DNA of 64,000 nt from Spongospora subterranea f. sp. subterranea (Eukaryota): positions 248,001 to 312,000 of the forward strand of contig JAUGWO010000107.1 in assembly GCA_049724395.1 (NCBI GenBank). The letters run 5' to 3'. Positions 50,934 to 63,386 of this stretch are shown here, in pieces. Each line of letters begins with the position of its first letter. Position 1 is the first letter of the stretch. The notes under the pieces were generated by a model that was not told where the DNA came from, did not search any database, and saw nothing but the letters and a program-made list of their open reading frames with translations. The position numbers and the translations under genes were made by a program.

Positions 50934-53265
50934 ATGGCGGCGAAAAAGAAAGCCATTAAAATGTCCTGGCAAGAAATGCAGACGCAATTCGGTGGCGTCT
51001 CTCGAAACCCGTTAGATAATCTTCCCACCGGATCTAGAGGTGGCTCAGATCAAAACCGTGATGGGTTTCGTCCATCAGCTTATGCTGATCGTGAACGACG
51101 CCCTGAACGCCGGGAGGAGCGTGATGAAGGTCCTAGTCGCGCTGATGGATCTAGCGCATGGCGTGCTACGAAGCCGTTGTCGACCACATCACGTTATGGC
51201 GGCGGCGGCGGCGGATTCGATGACAGGTCGCGAGCGAACAGAGATGATGGAGCTGAAAGACAATGGCGAAATGGGAATGTAGCTTCTGCTATGTCTGGGT
51301 CTGATTCCAGTGCTCGACCGCGTCTACAGCTCGCTAAACCCTCAGCTGAAAGGATTCAAGCAGCATTAGAGGCCCAAGCTCAAGCGAAATCGTCGCTCGC
51401 TAAAGAACATTCGTCAACTACTGAGCCTTTTAAACCCAAACTTACTGGATCCAACTCGTCTGGAGACGCAAAACCTGTCACGAAGTCCAATCCGTTTGGC
51501 GACGCCAAGCCCGTCGATCTATCTCTCAAGCCGGCCTCAACTGAAAATTCTAAGCCTGTATCTGCGTCAGCGCCGGTGCCTAAACCCAATCCATTTGGCG
51601 ACGCTAAGCCCATCCCTTCGGAGCCAGTCGTAAAGGCCAAACCTTTCGGTGATGCTAAACCCATCTCGGATCCGGTCTCAAAGCCTAATCCCTTTGGCAA
51701 CGCTAGGCCTGTATCTACACCAGAACCAGCTACCAAGCCCAATCCGTTCGGTGATGCTAAACCCGTTCCATCGTCAGACTCTTCCACGAAGCCCGTTTCA
51801 GCTGTCGTTGGAAAGCCTCAATCTGGAACTCAAACTTCAGCCAAGACGAACCCTTTCGGTGACGCGAAACCTGTCAAGACGAATGTGACATCGGCTGAAC
51901 CTGTAGATAAGCCTGTGCTATCGACAGGTTCATCTACGACCTCTGATTCTGATAGTGTACGACCAAAACCCAGTTTTTCTGGTGGCCCTTCGCAATCAGA
52001 TGGTATAGTCTCTAACCTCTGTATATTTATGTGCTCTAATCCGTTTTTTGTAGGCAATAGATTTGCCAGACCGCAAGAGCCTGCTTCAGGAATATCCAAG
52101 ACGACAGCATCTCAAGATTCCAGTCGATTCGCTCGTCCTACTAAGGATGAGGAACCTTATGTCCCATATTCGTCGCGCCCGCCGACGACGAGACCTGTAG
52201 TCAACGTGATCACCCCAGGCCCTCCTCCGAAGCGCACTGTCACTCTGCCTAAAGCTGCCGAAGATTCGTTTAAGGATGAATACCCAGTCCCGTCCACGCC
52301 TCTATCCGATATCGAAATGGCTGGACCTCAAATCGAGTCGCATGATCTTGTCCGTTCTAGCTTGAGCATCGCCATGGCTGATGGCTCATGGATTTCTGCT
52401 GACGAATTGGCTGATTCAATTGCCTCTGTCTCTTTAGAGTCGACAGAATCCGTTGACCAATTAGCTGCTGTACTTGCAGCCAGTTTAGTTGAAAAATCCG
52501 TTATTCTCGCTTCTGCTTTGGCGTTGCTTCCTCAAGAACATTCCCAGGACATTTTGGAACGCACGTTGCTCCGTCTAGTGAATAATGTTCCCACCTCTGT
52601 TCTACTTTCTATCGTTGGGGATGTTGACATTGCTTCTGGGCTCGGCATCAAATCTGGACTCTCACCCGCTGACCTTGGCAAGATCCTTCAAGAAAAAGGA
52701 CTTGGGCAATTGGCTCCACAAGAGGACAAGTCTCGAGTGTTTTAAAGTGCTCTGCTCTAGCGCTGAAACAACGTTTGACGGGCTTTTCACCATGGTCAAA
52801 GAGAAATTCCCCAAGAAGACCTCTGTTGTTCCAGGCGTTTCCCGGATTGTTGCAGAGTATGTTATTTTAGCAAGTCTCGCGTCAAAGACATTTAATCCGT
52901 CTGTTGTTGAGGAAAACAAGCCACTCCTCACGTATGTAGCTAGTTCGACGAAGACGCAAACACAACTTTTATTTGGCGCACAAAGTGCTTGGTTTACTCG
53001 AGGCAAGGAAGTCAAGCGATCTGGTAGACTCATTTTTGAGCAACTGTTCGAGCTTCGTATTGTTACGTTAGATAGTCTGGGCGCCTGGATCCTGGACAAC
53101 AAGGATAAGGCAGAAGGAAAGCGGTCGTTGCTGCTTCAAGTAGGTGGATTCATCTCGGATTTACAAAACGCCGCTGCTGCACGCGATATCGAATCAGACT
53201 CAGACGAAAGCGTCGACCTGGATAGCGATTTCCCTCAGGCAAACAGGAACTACGATGGTTATTAA
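50934..53265 (+). CDS. eIF4B-like repeat protein with a C-terminal W2-like HEAT domain
   Basis: N-terminal KKK..MSWQE...LPTGSR, a DR-rich region, RAD..SAWR, RPRLQL and six (N)PFG(D/N)A(K/R)P repeats. The C-terminal domain (QLLFGAQ..W, IFEQLFELRIVT..LGAW, GKRSLLLQV..F, acidic tail) resembles W2. There is a frame change at about 52743. Confidence 0.7.
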
Positions 53266-53328
53266 AACTTATCATTTCCCCAGCTTATCAAAGATATATT
53301 AATTATGTTGGAATTATTGGTAGTTGAT

Positions 53329-55050
53329 TCATGCTCCTTCATTACATTTCAATTTGGCCACCAAGTCTATGAATTCAGCTAGAGACTTGAATATATGAGA
53401 CCAGGAAGGGTCTGATTGATCAGCAGCGCCCAAAAAGGATTTCATTTCACACGATTGTGTAATCAGTTGATCATATGATGATGTTAGGCGGTCAAAGCGT
53501 GGAGTAAAACGACGGGTAAAACGAGCGAGAAACCTCGCATAACCATCGACGTCGCTTGCGGAGGCATCTGCAGCATCATCAGAAGATGAAGAAAGCATGA
53601 ATCGCACCGCTTCGATATCGGTATGAAGCTCAGTGAAGTCAATGTGTCTTGCGGAACGAAGACAGTAGAATTCTTCCAACAAACTCGACAGATTAGCAAA
53701 ATCATGTAGCACGTGCAGCAGGGTCCTTCGCTTATCAACAACAGATTTTGTCGACGTCAGGCGAGCCAAAGAGTCGATGGTAAACGCGACAGCTTCCCCT
53801 TGCCGTTGGCCGCAGTTCAGATAGTTGCCAATGCATAGGGTTACCCGTAAGGCACGCCGCAGCGTTGCACTCTTTGTGATTGACTGTACAGCTTCTCTAA
53901 CTCGATCGACACGCGATTGTAGCTCTCGCAGCCTATGCGGAAGTATCTCCCATGACCGAAGCTTGTTCAACCTCTCGCTCACGTTCCTGACACTGGCAAG
54001 ACGCACCAGAAACCGCTCCTGTTTGCGTAACCCTTGAATATTTCCCATTTTGGAAATAGTAGCCATTTCAGACTCGGTGGGTACAGCTTGTAAAAGCTGA
54101 AAATAAACAATAGCGCTCAATACTACCATTCATGTCGATGAGATAGACTTACTGTGTCAAGAAGATCTCCATGAAGAACGTCCCTGAAAAATGGTTCAAC
54201 AAATCTGGTGTCAATATGCAACTATACCCTTACGGATCCATTGCCCAAAGAGCATTACTAATTTGACCAATATCCATTGCTCGGGAAGCAATCCTCCTCA
54301 TCAGAATTGCCAAATTCTGTGCTCTTCGACTGTCCAAGAACGTGTCGAGTTTCGAGGATTCATCGAATTTCGAAACCGGAGTACCAGGACGACGAAATTC
54401 TTCCTTTTCAAAATGCAGCCGGATCTCCAAATGTAAAGCCGCAACATCACAAGGGTCAACGCTACCTGGATTGACGTTCCAGATACTGGATTTCGATAAT
54501 GTTGCTTGAGGAATCTTTTCCCAATGGAATGTCTTCAAATGACTAACCCGTTTTGGCGTCGTAAAAGCAGGCGACGGCGGCGCAAGAGCAGATGGAGCAA
54601 TGGGAACAGGTGGAGCGAATGGAGGAGGCGGAGGAGGTATAGCAACTGCAGGCGGAGGAGGAGGAGGTGGGACTTCAGGGACAGCAAATTGCATGATGCG
54701 CATAGGCTCATCTGCTGGTAATTTGGGATGACGTAATACCGGAATTAATTTGGGAATACTGGACTCTGAGGCCACAATCATAGTATCAATATTATCCTTT
54801 TTCCTTTGCAGTGTCAGAACATATCCAAAAGGAAGACGGTATGCGACGGGTGATCCCAATCCGAGCATTCTCATATCGGATACAATTCTATGCCATAACC
54901 GCAGTGCCAATTCTGGGATTTGCATTATCCGTTTCAGAAACGTCAGCAATGGTGACAGCACCATAATGGACGGGAAATAAAAAGCAGCGAGCAGCACAAG
55001 CAGCAGACTTAGTGCCAAAGCATGCCAAATCGAAGGCGAAAGCCCAATTC
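53329..55050 (-). CDS. Formin (FH1-FH2) with a hydrophobic N-terminal segment; start codon uncertain
   Basis: Polyproline FH1; FH2 motifs LKTFHWEKI...SIW, LDSRRAQNLAI and LCIGNYLN.G...A.AF.IDSLARL..TKS...TLLH. Confidence 0.88.
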
Positions 55051-55743
55051 TGAAATAGACATAAAACACAATGAACAATATTGAATAGGGCGAGATGAGT
55101 AACGGGAAGTCAAAACAATAATGAATGGGGTTGAGCCCATATATCCCCCCATCACCAACATATATAGTAATGGTGCAGGCGATTAAGGGGCGCGTAGAGC
55201 GGGTAACGGGTGGAACCGGGGTGTAACACAGGGTGATGAACACGGCCCCCTCTATGATGACCTGATGCAACATTACATTACCTAGATACGGTTGTGACGA
55301 TCAGTGATATACGGGAGACGCGATCCGATAGTGTCACTGATCTTAATGGGATCACACTCCCTGATCGCAGTAGACACAATGCCACGAACGGCAGACACAC
55401 AGCTGCCATCCGCATCGGTTAGCTCCTCGCAAGGTTCGGATAATCACAGAGTCGTATTCCAACCTGGCCACGGCCGTGCGAAACAGCTATCTGATGAAAT
55501 TCGGCAGGTACCAAGATCGACTAAACTTTAACAGGTTAGGGTAGGATTTCAAACAAACTGTCGAGTCGGCCGAGATCTATCGCCTTGGTCCTGCGTGCCT
55601 GAGCCGCAGTCGCTGAACTCCGAAGATGCCGTCAGACTCCAGCCAGGAAGGGCAACTAAACTGCAGTGTCTCCCAGTCTGCACTTGACCTACCAAATCCC
55701 TGAAAACACCCAGTCCGCAAACCATCAGCCGATAATCCTGAAA

Positions 55744-58241
55744 ATGGGCTATATTTCAGGGTTGGTTCCCATCGCTAGATTGGCCTCTCATCGTATGGTA
55801 AGGAGGAGATCAATGGCCGTCGCATCGAATTGCATCACAAACAATGGAGATCCGGAACTTCCTCCAATGTCCCATATTGTTAACAAGCAAATTGTCGCTT
55901 GTTCCGAGAATCCAAACAATTTAAAAGGTCTGCTTGCTAAATTTAGACAAAACCAAACAGATTTGACCGCCATCAATGCGGCAACATCTTTGTTCGCCAT
56001 TGCAAAACACGGTATATCCAACGACGCTGAAAACACGGCTTGGTTGATCTCTATTCTCAAAAACAATGTACTCGAGCTGCGAGCCAGAGAATTGGCCAAT
56101 GTTGTTTGGGCATTACCCAAGATAGGCTGTGATTACGACAACACTTTCGCACTTGATCTAGCCGTCCATGCCTCTAATCTTATTCGTCATATGTCTCTTC
56201 CCCGATTTGTTGGAGTTATGCTTGGGTTTGCTCACCTCTCAGTCAAAAGTAATATATTCTGGAGTCAAGCTGCTGTTGAGATCAAGTTAAGATCAAGGGT
56301 GACGCCATCTAAGTCGGTGGCCAACATTTTCTGGGCACTTGGCTCAATCCAGATGGATTGTGCCAATACAGCTCTACCCGCTATCTGTGTTCGCTCTTTG
56401 GCCTTAGTTAATGAGTTTAATGGGGCAGATATAGGTTCGATATTATGGGCTTTGAACCGACTCAATGTCAAACACCAAGCATTGAACGCCGCTCTAATCG
56501 AAGAAGCCGTAATCAAATGCGACCAATTAGACGATGTTTCATTGGTTCGTGTCGTGAAGGCATTAGCGGAGTCTCCATCTATCGCCGGTTCAACAGGATC
56601 CATATTTCTTGAATCCGCCAAGCAGAGGGTTCACAAGCTGTCTTGGCGACATATGGTCGACATGCACGCAGCTCTTTCCGTTTTCTGCCAAGGTTCAATG
56701 GGCGATTGGGACAAGCTTCTTTCAGCGAGAATATGCAAGTCAATAGCTCAAGTACCTTTGCAGTTATTCCCTAATGTCGTTTCGGCTCTGGTTTCGACAT
56801 CCGCCGAGAAACCCGTTGAGGTAGTTGAGCAGATTGCCTGGCGCGCGAGCACAAGGATGAGGGAACTTGATATTCATCAGACTGCCTCATTAATATCGTC
56901 CCTGTATCTCCTCAACTCATCTAACATAGCGCTCTTCAAAAATTTGTCTCACAAGTTTAACATTTCCGACGGATGGCGCGCATTATCGGTTTTGGAACTT
57001 TGCAATGTCGGAATCGCTCTAGCGTCAATGTCTTCATCCGACCTTGGTATTCGCGCTAGCGTCTTCTCGGCACTGCAACTCCATGCTGACAAGCTAAGAG
57101 CTTCTGAAATTGCCCCATTCTTGCAGACATTGCAGAAATTCGGTATCCTTCCGAATGAGGAAATTCGTCGTACATGCATTGATCGTATATCGGCTAGTGA
57201 AAATGAAGTCATGCCTCCATCTGATTATGCATATATTGTCAGTCAGTTGGCCGAATCCTTATTCGATAATAAGATCAAGAGTATGAAGGTGATGAGTAAT
57301 CGTATTCTCAATGCTGCTGTCGACATGGCGCCATCATCACTAACCAAGGTTATGCTCGCGTTCCGTAAAACGGGTTTAGTCGATCCCAAGCTATGTCGAA
57401 CGATACACAATGTTGTGGAAACCCGCCATGACGAATTCTCATTCACGGACCTGGCTAGTCTTCTTTCTCATCTCCATGAGCTTTCTCAATTGGACAAATC
57501 GCTAGTGAATCGTGTTATGCCGTTTTCCAAACTACAATCGATGTCATTGGACGACCTTTCTATCGTATTACACCTATTATCGACTGAGGGATTGCTTGAC
57601 AGAAACCTCTTGCAATTGTTCTCTGAGCGACTTGCGCTCTATGACAACGACAATTCGATGGCGATCGACACGCAAAATACGATGTTGCCAGATTGCGGCA
57701 TTTTCCAGATATTTCCCTAGAGAGGACGCTGGTATATCACTCTGCACTGTTCGCCTTGTTGAGTCATGGAGGAACGACATTGGCAAAACCCTTGATAAAC
57801 CCGCCCCGTCAAGGTTCGCGTTGCAGGTTTCTCGTAAAATCAATGAGCTTGGGGTTGTTCACGATCTCGAGCATTGGATTCCGTCAATCGCAGTTTATGC
57901 TGATATATTCATTCCGCAATCTAATATTGTCGTTGAAGGTAATGTCTGAGCGACCGTCTCTCAATTCTCTTGCGTATTTTGACAAGTTTCCCTGTCGGTT
58001 TGTAGTGGACGGGCCAACACATTTTATCCGTTCTATTGATGTGCCTCAGTGTGATCAGACTCTGGCCAAGCAACTCAATCAGTCAACAATTTCCCGGCGG
58101 CGATTGATAATTGCAGCAGGTTTTAAGCTGATCACAGTAAATCATGATCAGTGGATACAACTTTCCAGTCAATCAGGTCGAAAAGCTTGGCTCGATTCCG
58201 TTTTGCGTCCACTAATACCGGGAAAGCACCGGAGAGGTTGA
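55744..58241 (+). CDS. Helical-repeat RAP-domain protein (FASTK/OPR-like), probably mitochondrial
   Basis: Arg-rich presequence, repeats such as ARELANVVWAL, KSVANIFWALG and DIGSILWAL, and a C-terminal RAP domain (ADIFIP..NIVVE|VDGPTHF...RRRLI.AAGFKLITV..DQW). Frame change before 57720. Confidence 0.85.
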
Positions 58242-58652
58242 CCGTGGATTGAACTTATAAACTATTATTGTCATATCAATTGTTTAACAAACCCTATATG
58301 TCACCTTCCGATCACGGTCACAAATAAAGGACTCATTGTTCAAGTCTTTCGTCATCACATATCAAATCGTATCGAAAAAGTCAGAGCTGGTCAGGATCAA
58401 TGATGAAATCGTATACTGATAACAAGAAGCGTCAACGGTGCTCGTATGTTCCCATATCTCTGAATCAATACCGCGCATGGTCGAGCCAACGTCCATCTCA
58501 TTCACGAAACCCTACTATTCTACAGATCCTGAGTGATTCCAGCGCTCGAACTCTAATTCTACAGCAACAACCCCAAAATGATCCTCTTCTATTTCGACTG
58601 CAATCTTGAACAATAGGATAATAATATATTGGACAGAACATACTACGAACCC

Positions 58653-60040
58653 TCAACAGGCTGAATCCATCTGGAATTGGTGACCACTAAACTGGATCTC
58701 GTAAATCGATAGAGCGGCCATGGCAATAGTAGCAATCGAGACGTAGCTCGCCAGTAAGAAAACAATAATTGATTTTTTTTCGAAAATGGTGACAATATAT
58801 GCCCACGCGTGGGATCCACAAAACGCAGCAACAAATCCAGCAACGAAGAAGACCGCGGCATAGTGAAGATCCAGCATATCTACCAGAATAAACTAGCCAA
58901 CAGATTAATTGCTACGAAATGGAATAACTCAACAACGATTACCTGGAACATTGATGAAGAACATGTTGATAGAAGCATAAATGCAGCTGTACTGGCAGCG
59001 ACATCTGGGGCCGCAATATGAGCCAGGAACGGACCCTTGATAGCTGAACACATTGAAAGTAAGGAATGGCTGTTTACAACAAGCCTGTAACAATACCAGA
59101 TCCACCGACACCAACTAAAGCTGAGAATACACCCGCAAATGTAGAGATTGCTGATAGAGATATAACACTTTTCGTCGACCACGACGGCTCATCTGGGGAA
59201 CCCTCATAGAGAAGAGCATCATGCCTTTGGTGATTACGTTGAATCTCCATTTTTGCATTTACACAGGCCAATATGAACAAAAACATGAACGAACTTCCGA
59301 ATATGGCAATATATGTGCTAGACATGCAGCTAATCTGAGGATTGAACCGACCACTCAAAGCAACTGATGGGAAGATCCCTATGATCCAATAGAAAAGCAA
59401 CATGGCGATCGGATAGAAGGGGAACTGTGGTTCCGGTTTGAAGTTGGATGGAGGTTCGTCTTCATTAGCGACATCGCCTGACGGGGTTGTGGGTGACAAT
59501 GGGGTTATGGCCGATGCAGATTCTGTCCTGTGGATGGCTAAAGCTTTATGATATGTTTTGACGGATATGAGCGTTAACAGGATCGCCATCATGACGGCGA
59601 CCACAGGGAACGGTAAGAGCTTATTGAGACGCACACCGATCATGGTACCGAGTAAGGTGAACGGCTCAAGAAGAAGCGCCTTTGACGAGGTTTAGATATA
59701 CCCATATTGTTTACGAGCACAATACCATTCTATAATCGATTAACGGACGAGTTGTCCCGTTAGGACCATCCCTTGTCTTTCTGGAATTTACAATATAAAG
59801 CGCGATACTGGCTCCAAACGCACACGCTTTGGATAAAGGGATCGCTAACTTTTCTGGGGTGAGCAGTAGGACAAACAAAGGTATGTAAAGCGAACCACCT
59901 GAATTAGCCAAATATTAACGGGTGGATATGAGTATCGCAACACGATGGAGCAAACCTCCAACCCCAGCACCACTTGCTAAAGATCCTAATAATACGACAC
60001 ACCCTAGGGCGATTGCCTCACGAATTATTGATATCGGCAT
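58653..60040 (-). CDS. TauE/SafE sulfite-exporter family membrane protein, multi-exon
   Basis: Motifs LASGAGVG|GGSLYIPL, AIPLSKA, RPLIDY, EPFTLLGTMIGV, ALVGVGGSG and VAASTAAFM. Confidence 0.88.
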
Positions 60041-60616
60041 ATCGAATCTTATTACGAGAGTGAGAAAAAACCTGATATTAGGACTGAGTAAAGTGACGGT
60101 GCTAACCTCGTCAAACCGATTTTCAGGCAGATCGGATTATTGACGAGATTCACAGTCGAAATAGTACAGCTCCTGAAGAAACAGCTGCAGTTCCGGCAGG
60201 CGGTTCAATCTGGGCTCGGTCAAGAAGAAGATCGATGCGGTAAACGGCACGCGACGGTCAAGCGGCAATATCGAGTTCAGTGGCTCTTTAAACCAGTTCA
60301 AATAATGGCGGCGGGTACAGATTCGACCTCCTCGTTTGGAGTCTCTCCCCTCCCTATACAATGATCGGGTTATTATGACAGTCCGCTGGTCATCTAACAC
60401 TGATGGGAATCAATCGCGTCTCACACAAACATCAACTCAATATGCTCTTTCACGCACTCCGAATCCGCTAACACCATTTCCATTTCGGGATATGAACCGG
60501 CCGTCGTGATCATTTGATTGGCGGAAGGAAGGGTGTAGGGAGAGTTTGGAAGGGGAGACTGTAATTGGGGCGGTGATGTGTAGTGATATTGTTTGGGGGG
60601 AATTGTTGGCTAATGG

Positions 60617-62276
60617 CTAATGGTGATGGAACGGTTGACCAGCCATAACACTCTCAATATCACTGCATTTACGAGGAACACGAGTCATGTTAATACAGCC
60701 GGTTTCGGTTATGATTAGGTCATCTTCGAGTCGGATACCTCCAAACGTCATAAACTGCTCAATCTTGGCGATATTCAGATGAGACTTGAGTTGATCATTG
60801 GAGAACGCTGGACGAAGAAGAGCCTCAATAAAGTAGACACCCGGTTCATTACTGAGGACCATGTTCGCCTTTAAAACACGATTTATTCTGAGGCAACTGA
60901 GACCTGGGCCTTCCAGGCGTTTGCGACCTTTGGGAAATCCGCCAACATCATGTGTGTCAAGACCAATAAAATGCCCAAGCCCATGAGGGAAGAACAATGA
61001 TGGGATATGCAAATCCGTTAACTGGTCAACCGAATCACCGAAAATAAAATCATTGTCCATGAGACCTTGACAAATGACCCGTTCAGCCAGTTTATGCATC
61101 TCCGACCATTCAACACCAGGGCGAACTGCAGCTTCAACTGCTCTCTGGGCATCATAGACGATATTATAGACGGCTCGTTGAGAATCGGTAAAGCGGCCTG
61201 GATCAAGTCAGATGGATCGGGCGACCAAAAGGTGTAATGATGGGAGACCATTTGCCGGGTACGAGCAAGTAATATCTGACGCATAGCAATGATATTCGGC
61301 CCCCATATCAAGCAGACACATATCATCCGGTTCAAGACGACGATCGTTTGGCGCCCCAGCATGACCATAATGTAATACAGCCCCATTTGCACCAGTTCCA
61401 CATATACAGGTATAAGCCTAGAAAATGACGCAAATTAAGGCAAGAACTGCAATAAAAAACAACAAGAATAGCAGACTTGATAACGAGATCCACCATGAAA
61501 CGAACTGAAATGTATAAAGCTGGATTCAAGCTGGAACTCAAACATTCCTGGGCGGCAATTCTGCATCACTTGAATATGGGCTTTGGAACTGATATTGTTC
61601 ACATGTTGAAGAAGGGCAAGTTCCAGTTGAGTCTTGATAACACGCGATTCTGACATGATATCTAATAGAACACGACCGTCAAATTTGAATGCACCATCTC
61701 CTTCAAATGAGAGTCTTTCGATGGCCGAACCACTATATGATATTGAAAAAAACCAGGTGGCGGGTGAGGCTGAGCACAACAACACATTACCTATCATGAT
61801 TGACGCCTTCAAGTACATGAACATTGGTGACATTGAGCTCATTCAAAACGGCCGCAATTTCAGACGTATATCGTACATAATCAATACCGTAAATCCTAGA
61901 AAACTCCTCCAAAGTCTTGGCTTTCCCGCACCATATTTCGTGATCAAGGGTCGGCTTGTGAATAAACAGATATGACTTGCGTTGGGCTAAATCAAGGGCA
62001 CCATATAGTCCAGGTTCATTCACTCCAAACAGGTAGAAAAAAAAACTTTCTTGACGAAAAAGATCTTCGTGATCTGCAATCAGCAAAACCTTTGAAAAAT
62101 TGTAATCCATTTTACAGCCTCTATAGCGAATGACCTGTATCATATCTAAGAAATTTCTTTCCACCTTGGAAAAGAGCTATTTCCCCCTTTGCATTTGGAA
62201 AACCATCGAATACTCGATTGCGGTTCTCCCGGTGAAGAGCTATCAGATCAATGTCCTCTGGTAGGCCCAACTCCAT
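60617..62276 (-). CDS. PEPD: Xaa-Pro dipeptidase (prolidase, M24B), multi-exon
   Basis: Motifs [60 protein letters not shown] and GGIRLEDD. Confidence 0.95.
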
Positions 62277-62472
62277 TGTCAATCAAGGACACACAGAGTG
62301 GTTAGCACCGTCCAGCGTCCAGAGGAAGGACAATGGCGTTGTAAAACTTAATGTGGAATGGTAAAGGGCCTTCGCAGTCGACTGAATATCAAGCACAAAT
62401 TCACAAAGGAATGATTGTGAGAGACAGTGCCTAGTGGAGACACCTGTCTAATATTGAAAGTAATCAAGAGAG

Positions 62473-62553
62473 TGACGATTATCCTGTTCGGCCTACGGTA
62501 AATTACAGCGCCTGACGATTATCCTGTTCGGGCTACGGTAAATTACAGCGCCT
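62473..62553. repeat. Direct tandem duplication, 40-bp unit x2
   Basis: tgacgattatcctgttcgg(c/g)ctacggtaaattacagcgcc occurs twice with one mismatch. Confidence 0.92.
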
Positions 62554-62783
62554 CTTTACAATAATTCAAATCTGATCGGACAAACAGGGCAACTCATATC
62601 TGACGGAGAATCTACTATCGAAAGTGATAATTGGAAAAAAGAATAAGTCCAAGGGCCAATGATCGCCATCGGGAAGCAACGAACAATAAGCAACCCATTG
62701 TTTTGAAAAAATGCAGGCAAGCGTTGAAGTAGATAAGACAGATTTATCGTCCAAAGCGACAAATTGCATCATTATTATATATA

Positions 62784-63386
62784 TTAGCCAAACAGCAAAC
62801 TTAGATTTTCGATGGAGAAAGAGGATATGATCGCATCAGCCAATATGGAGTTGGCTGCCGGATCTGTCGGCGAACAGTGTTGACTAGAGCTTCTAGGGGC
62901 TATCTTGATTGGAGAATTTACAGAGATTATGATATCTGCATCGTGCAAAGGAATACGGATGATGAAGATTCTGACCTCGACTAGATTGGCATCGGAAATA
63001 TCATCTTTGAACTTGGCAACAGTTTGGGTACCAACTGCATAGTAGACAGTATATCCTTGCGAAGTTAACTTGGTACCGGTCTCCATAACAGATGAATGAA
63101 TTGCATTGTTCGATTCGGATAGCTCAGCAAAATGTTGCCTAAACCCAGAATTACTGAGATTTTCATCAATGTATGGAACCGATATAAACCTTGCAGAATC
63201 TGTATCAGCAATATCCATTCGTTCAACGATTTCTACGATAACGCTTTGATCAGTGTCCGGATCCGCAAACACCTCCTGATGGTCAGGAACTTGCCTCAGT
63301 TCACTGATATCGCTGCAACGTTCTGGTATTGAGACGTTGAGCGAACCTCCAAAGAGATCACGGCGCCTCATTTTCTGCCCAGCCAT
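62784..63386 (-). CDS. MOG1: Ran guanine nucleotide release factor Mog1
   Basis: Motifs LFGG, DISELRQVPDHQEVF, DQSVIVEIVE, Q.VAKF and terminal LFG. One probable in-frame intron. Confidence 0.92.
   Translation of the reverse strand: MAGQKMRRRDLFGGSLNVSIPERCSDISELRQVPDHQEVFADPDTDQSVIVEIVERMDIADTDSARFISVPYIDENLSNSGFRQHFAELSESNNAIHSSVMETGTKLTSQGYTVYYAVGTQTVAKFKDDISDANLVEVRIFIIRIPLHDADIIISVNSPIKIAPRSSSQHCSPTDPAANSILADAIISSFSIENLSLLFG

Noticed and set aside
55280..55700. SRP-like or other ncRNA (short hairpin at about 55299-55342, GGAAGGGCA motif)
   Set aside because: Lacks the full SRP helix-8 and Alu signatures; would need an Infernal search to support.
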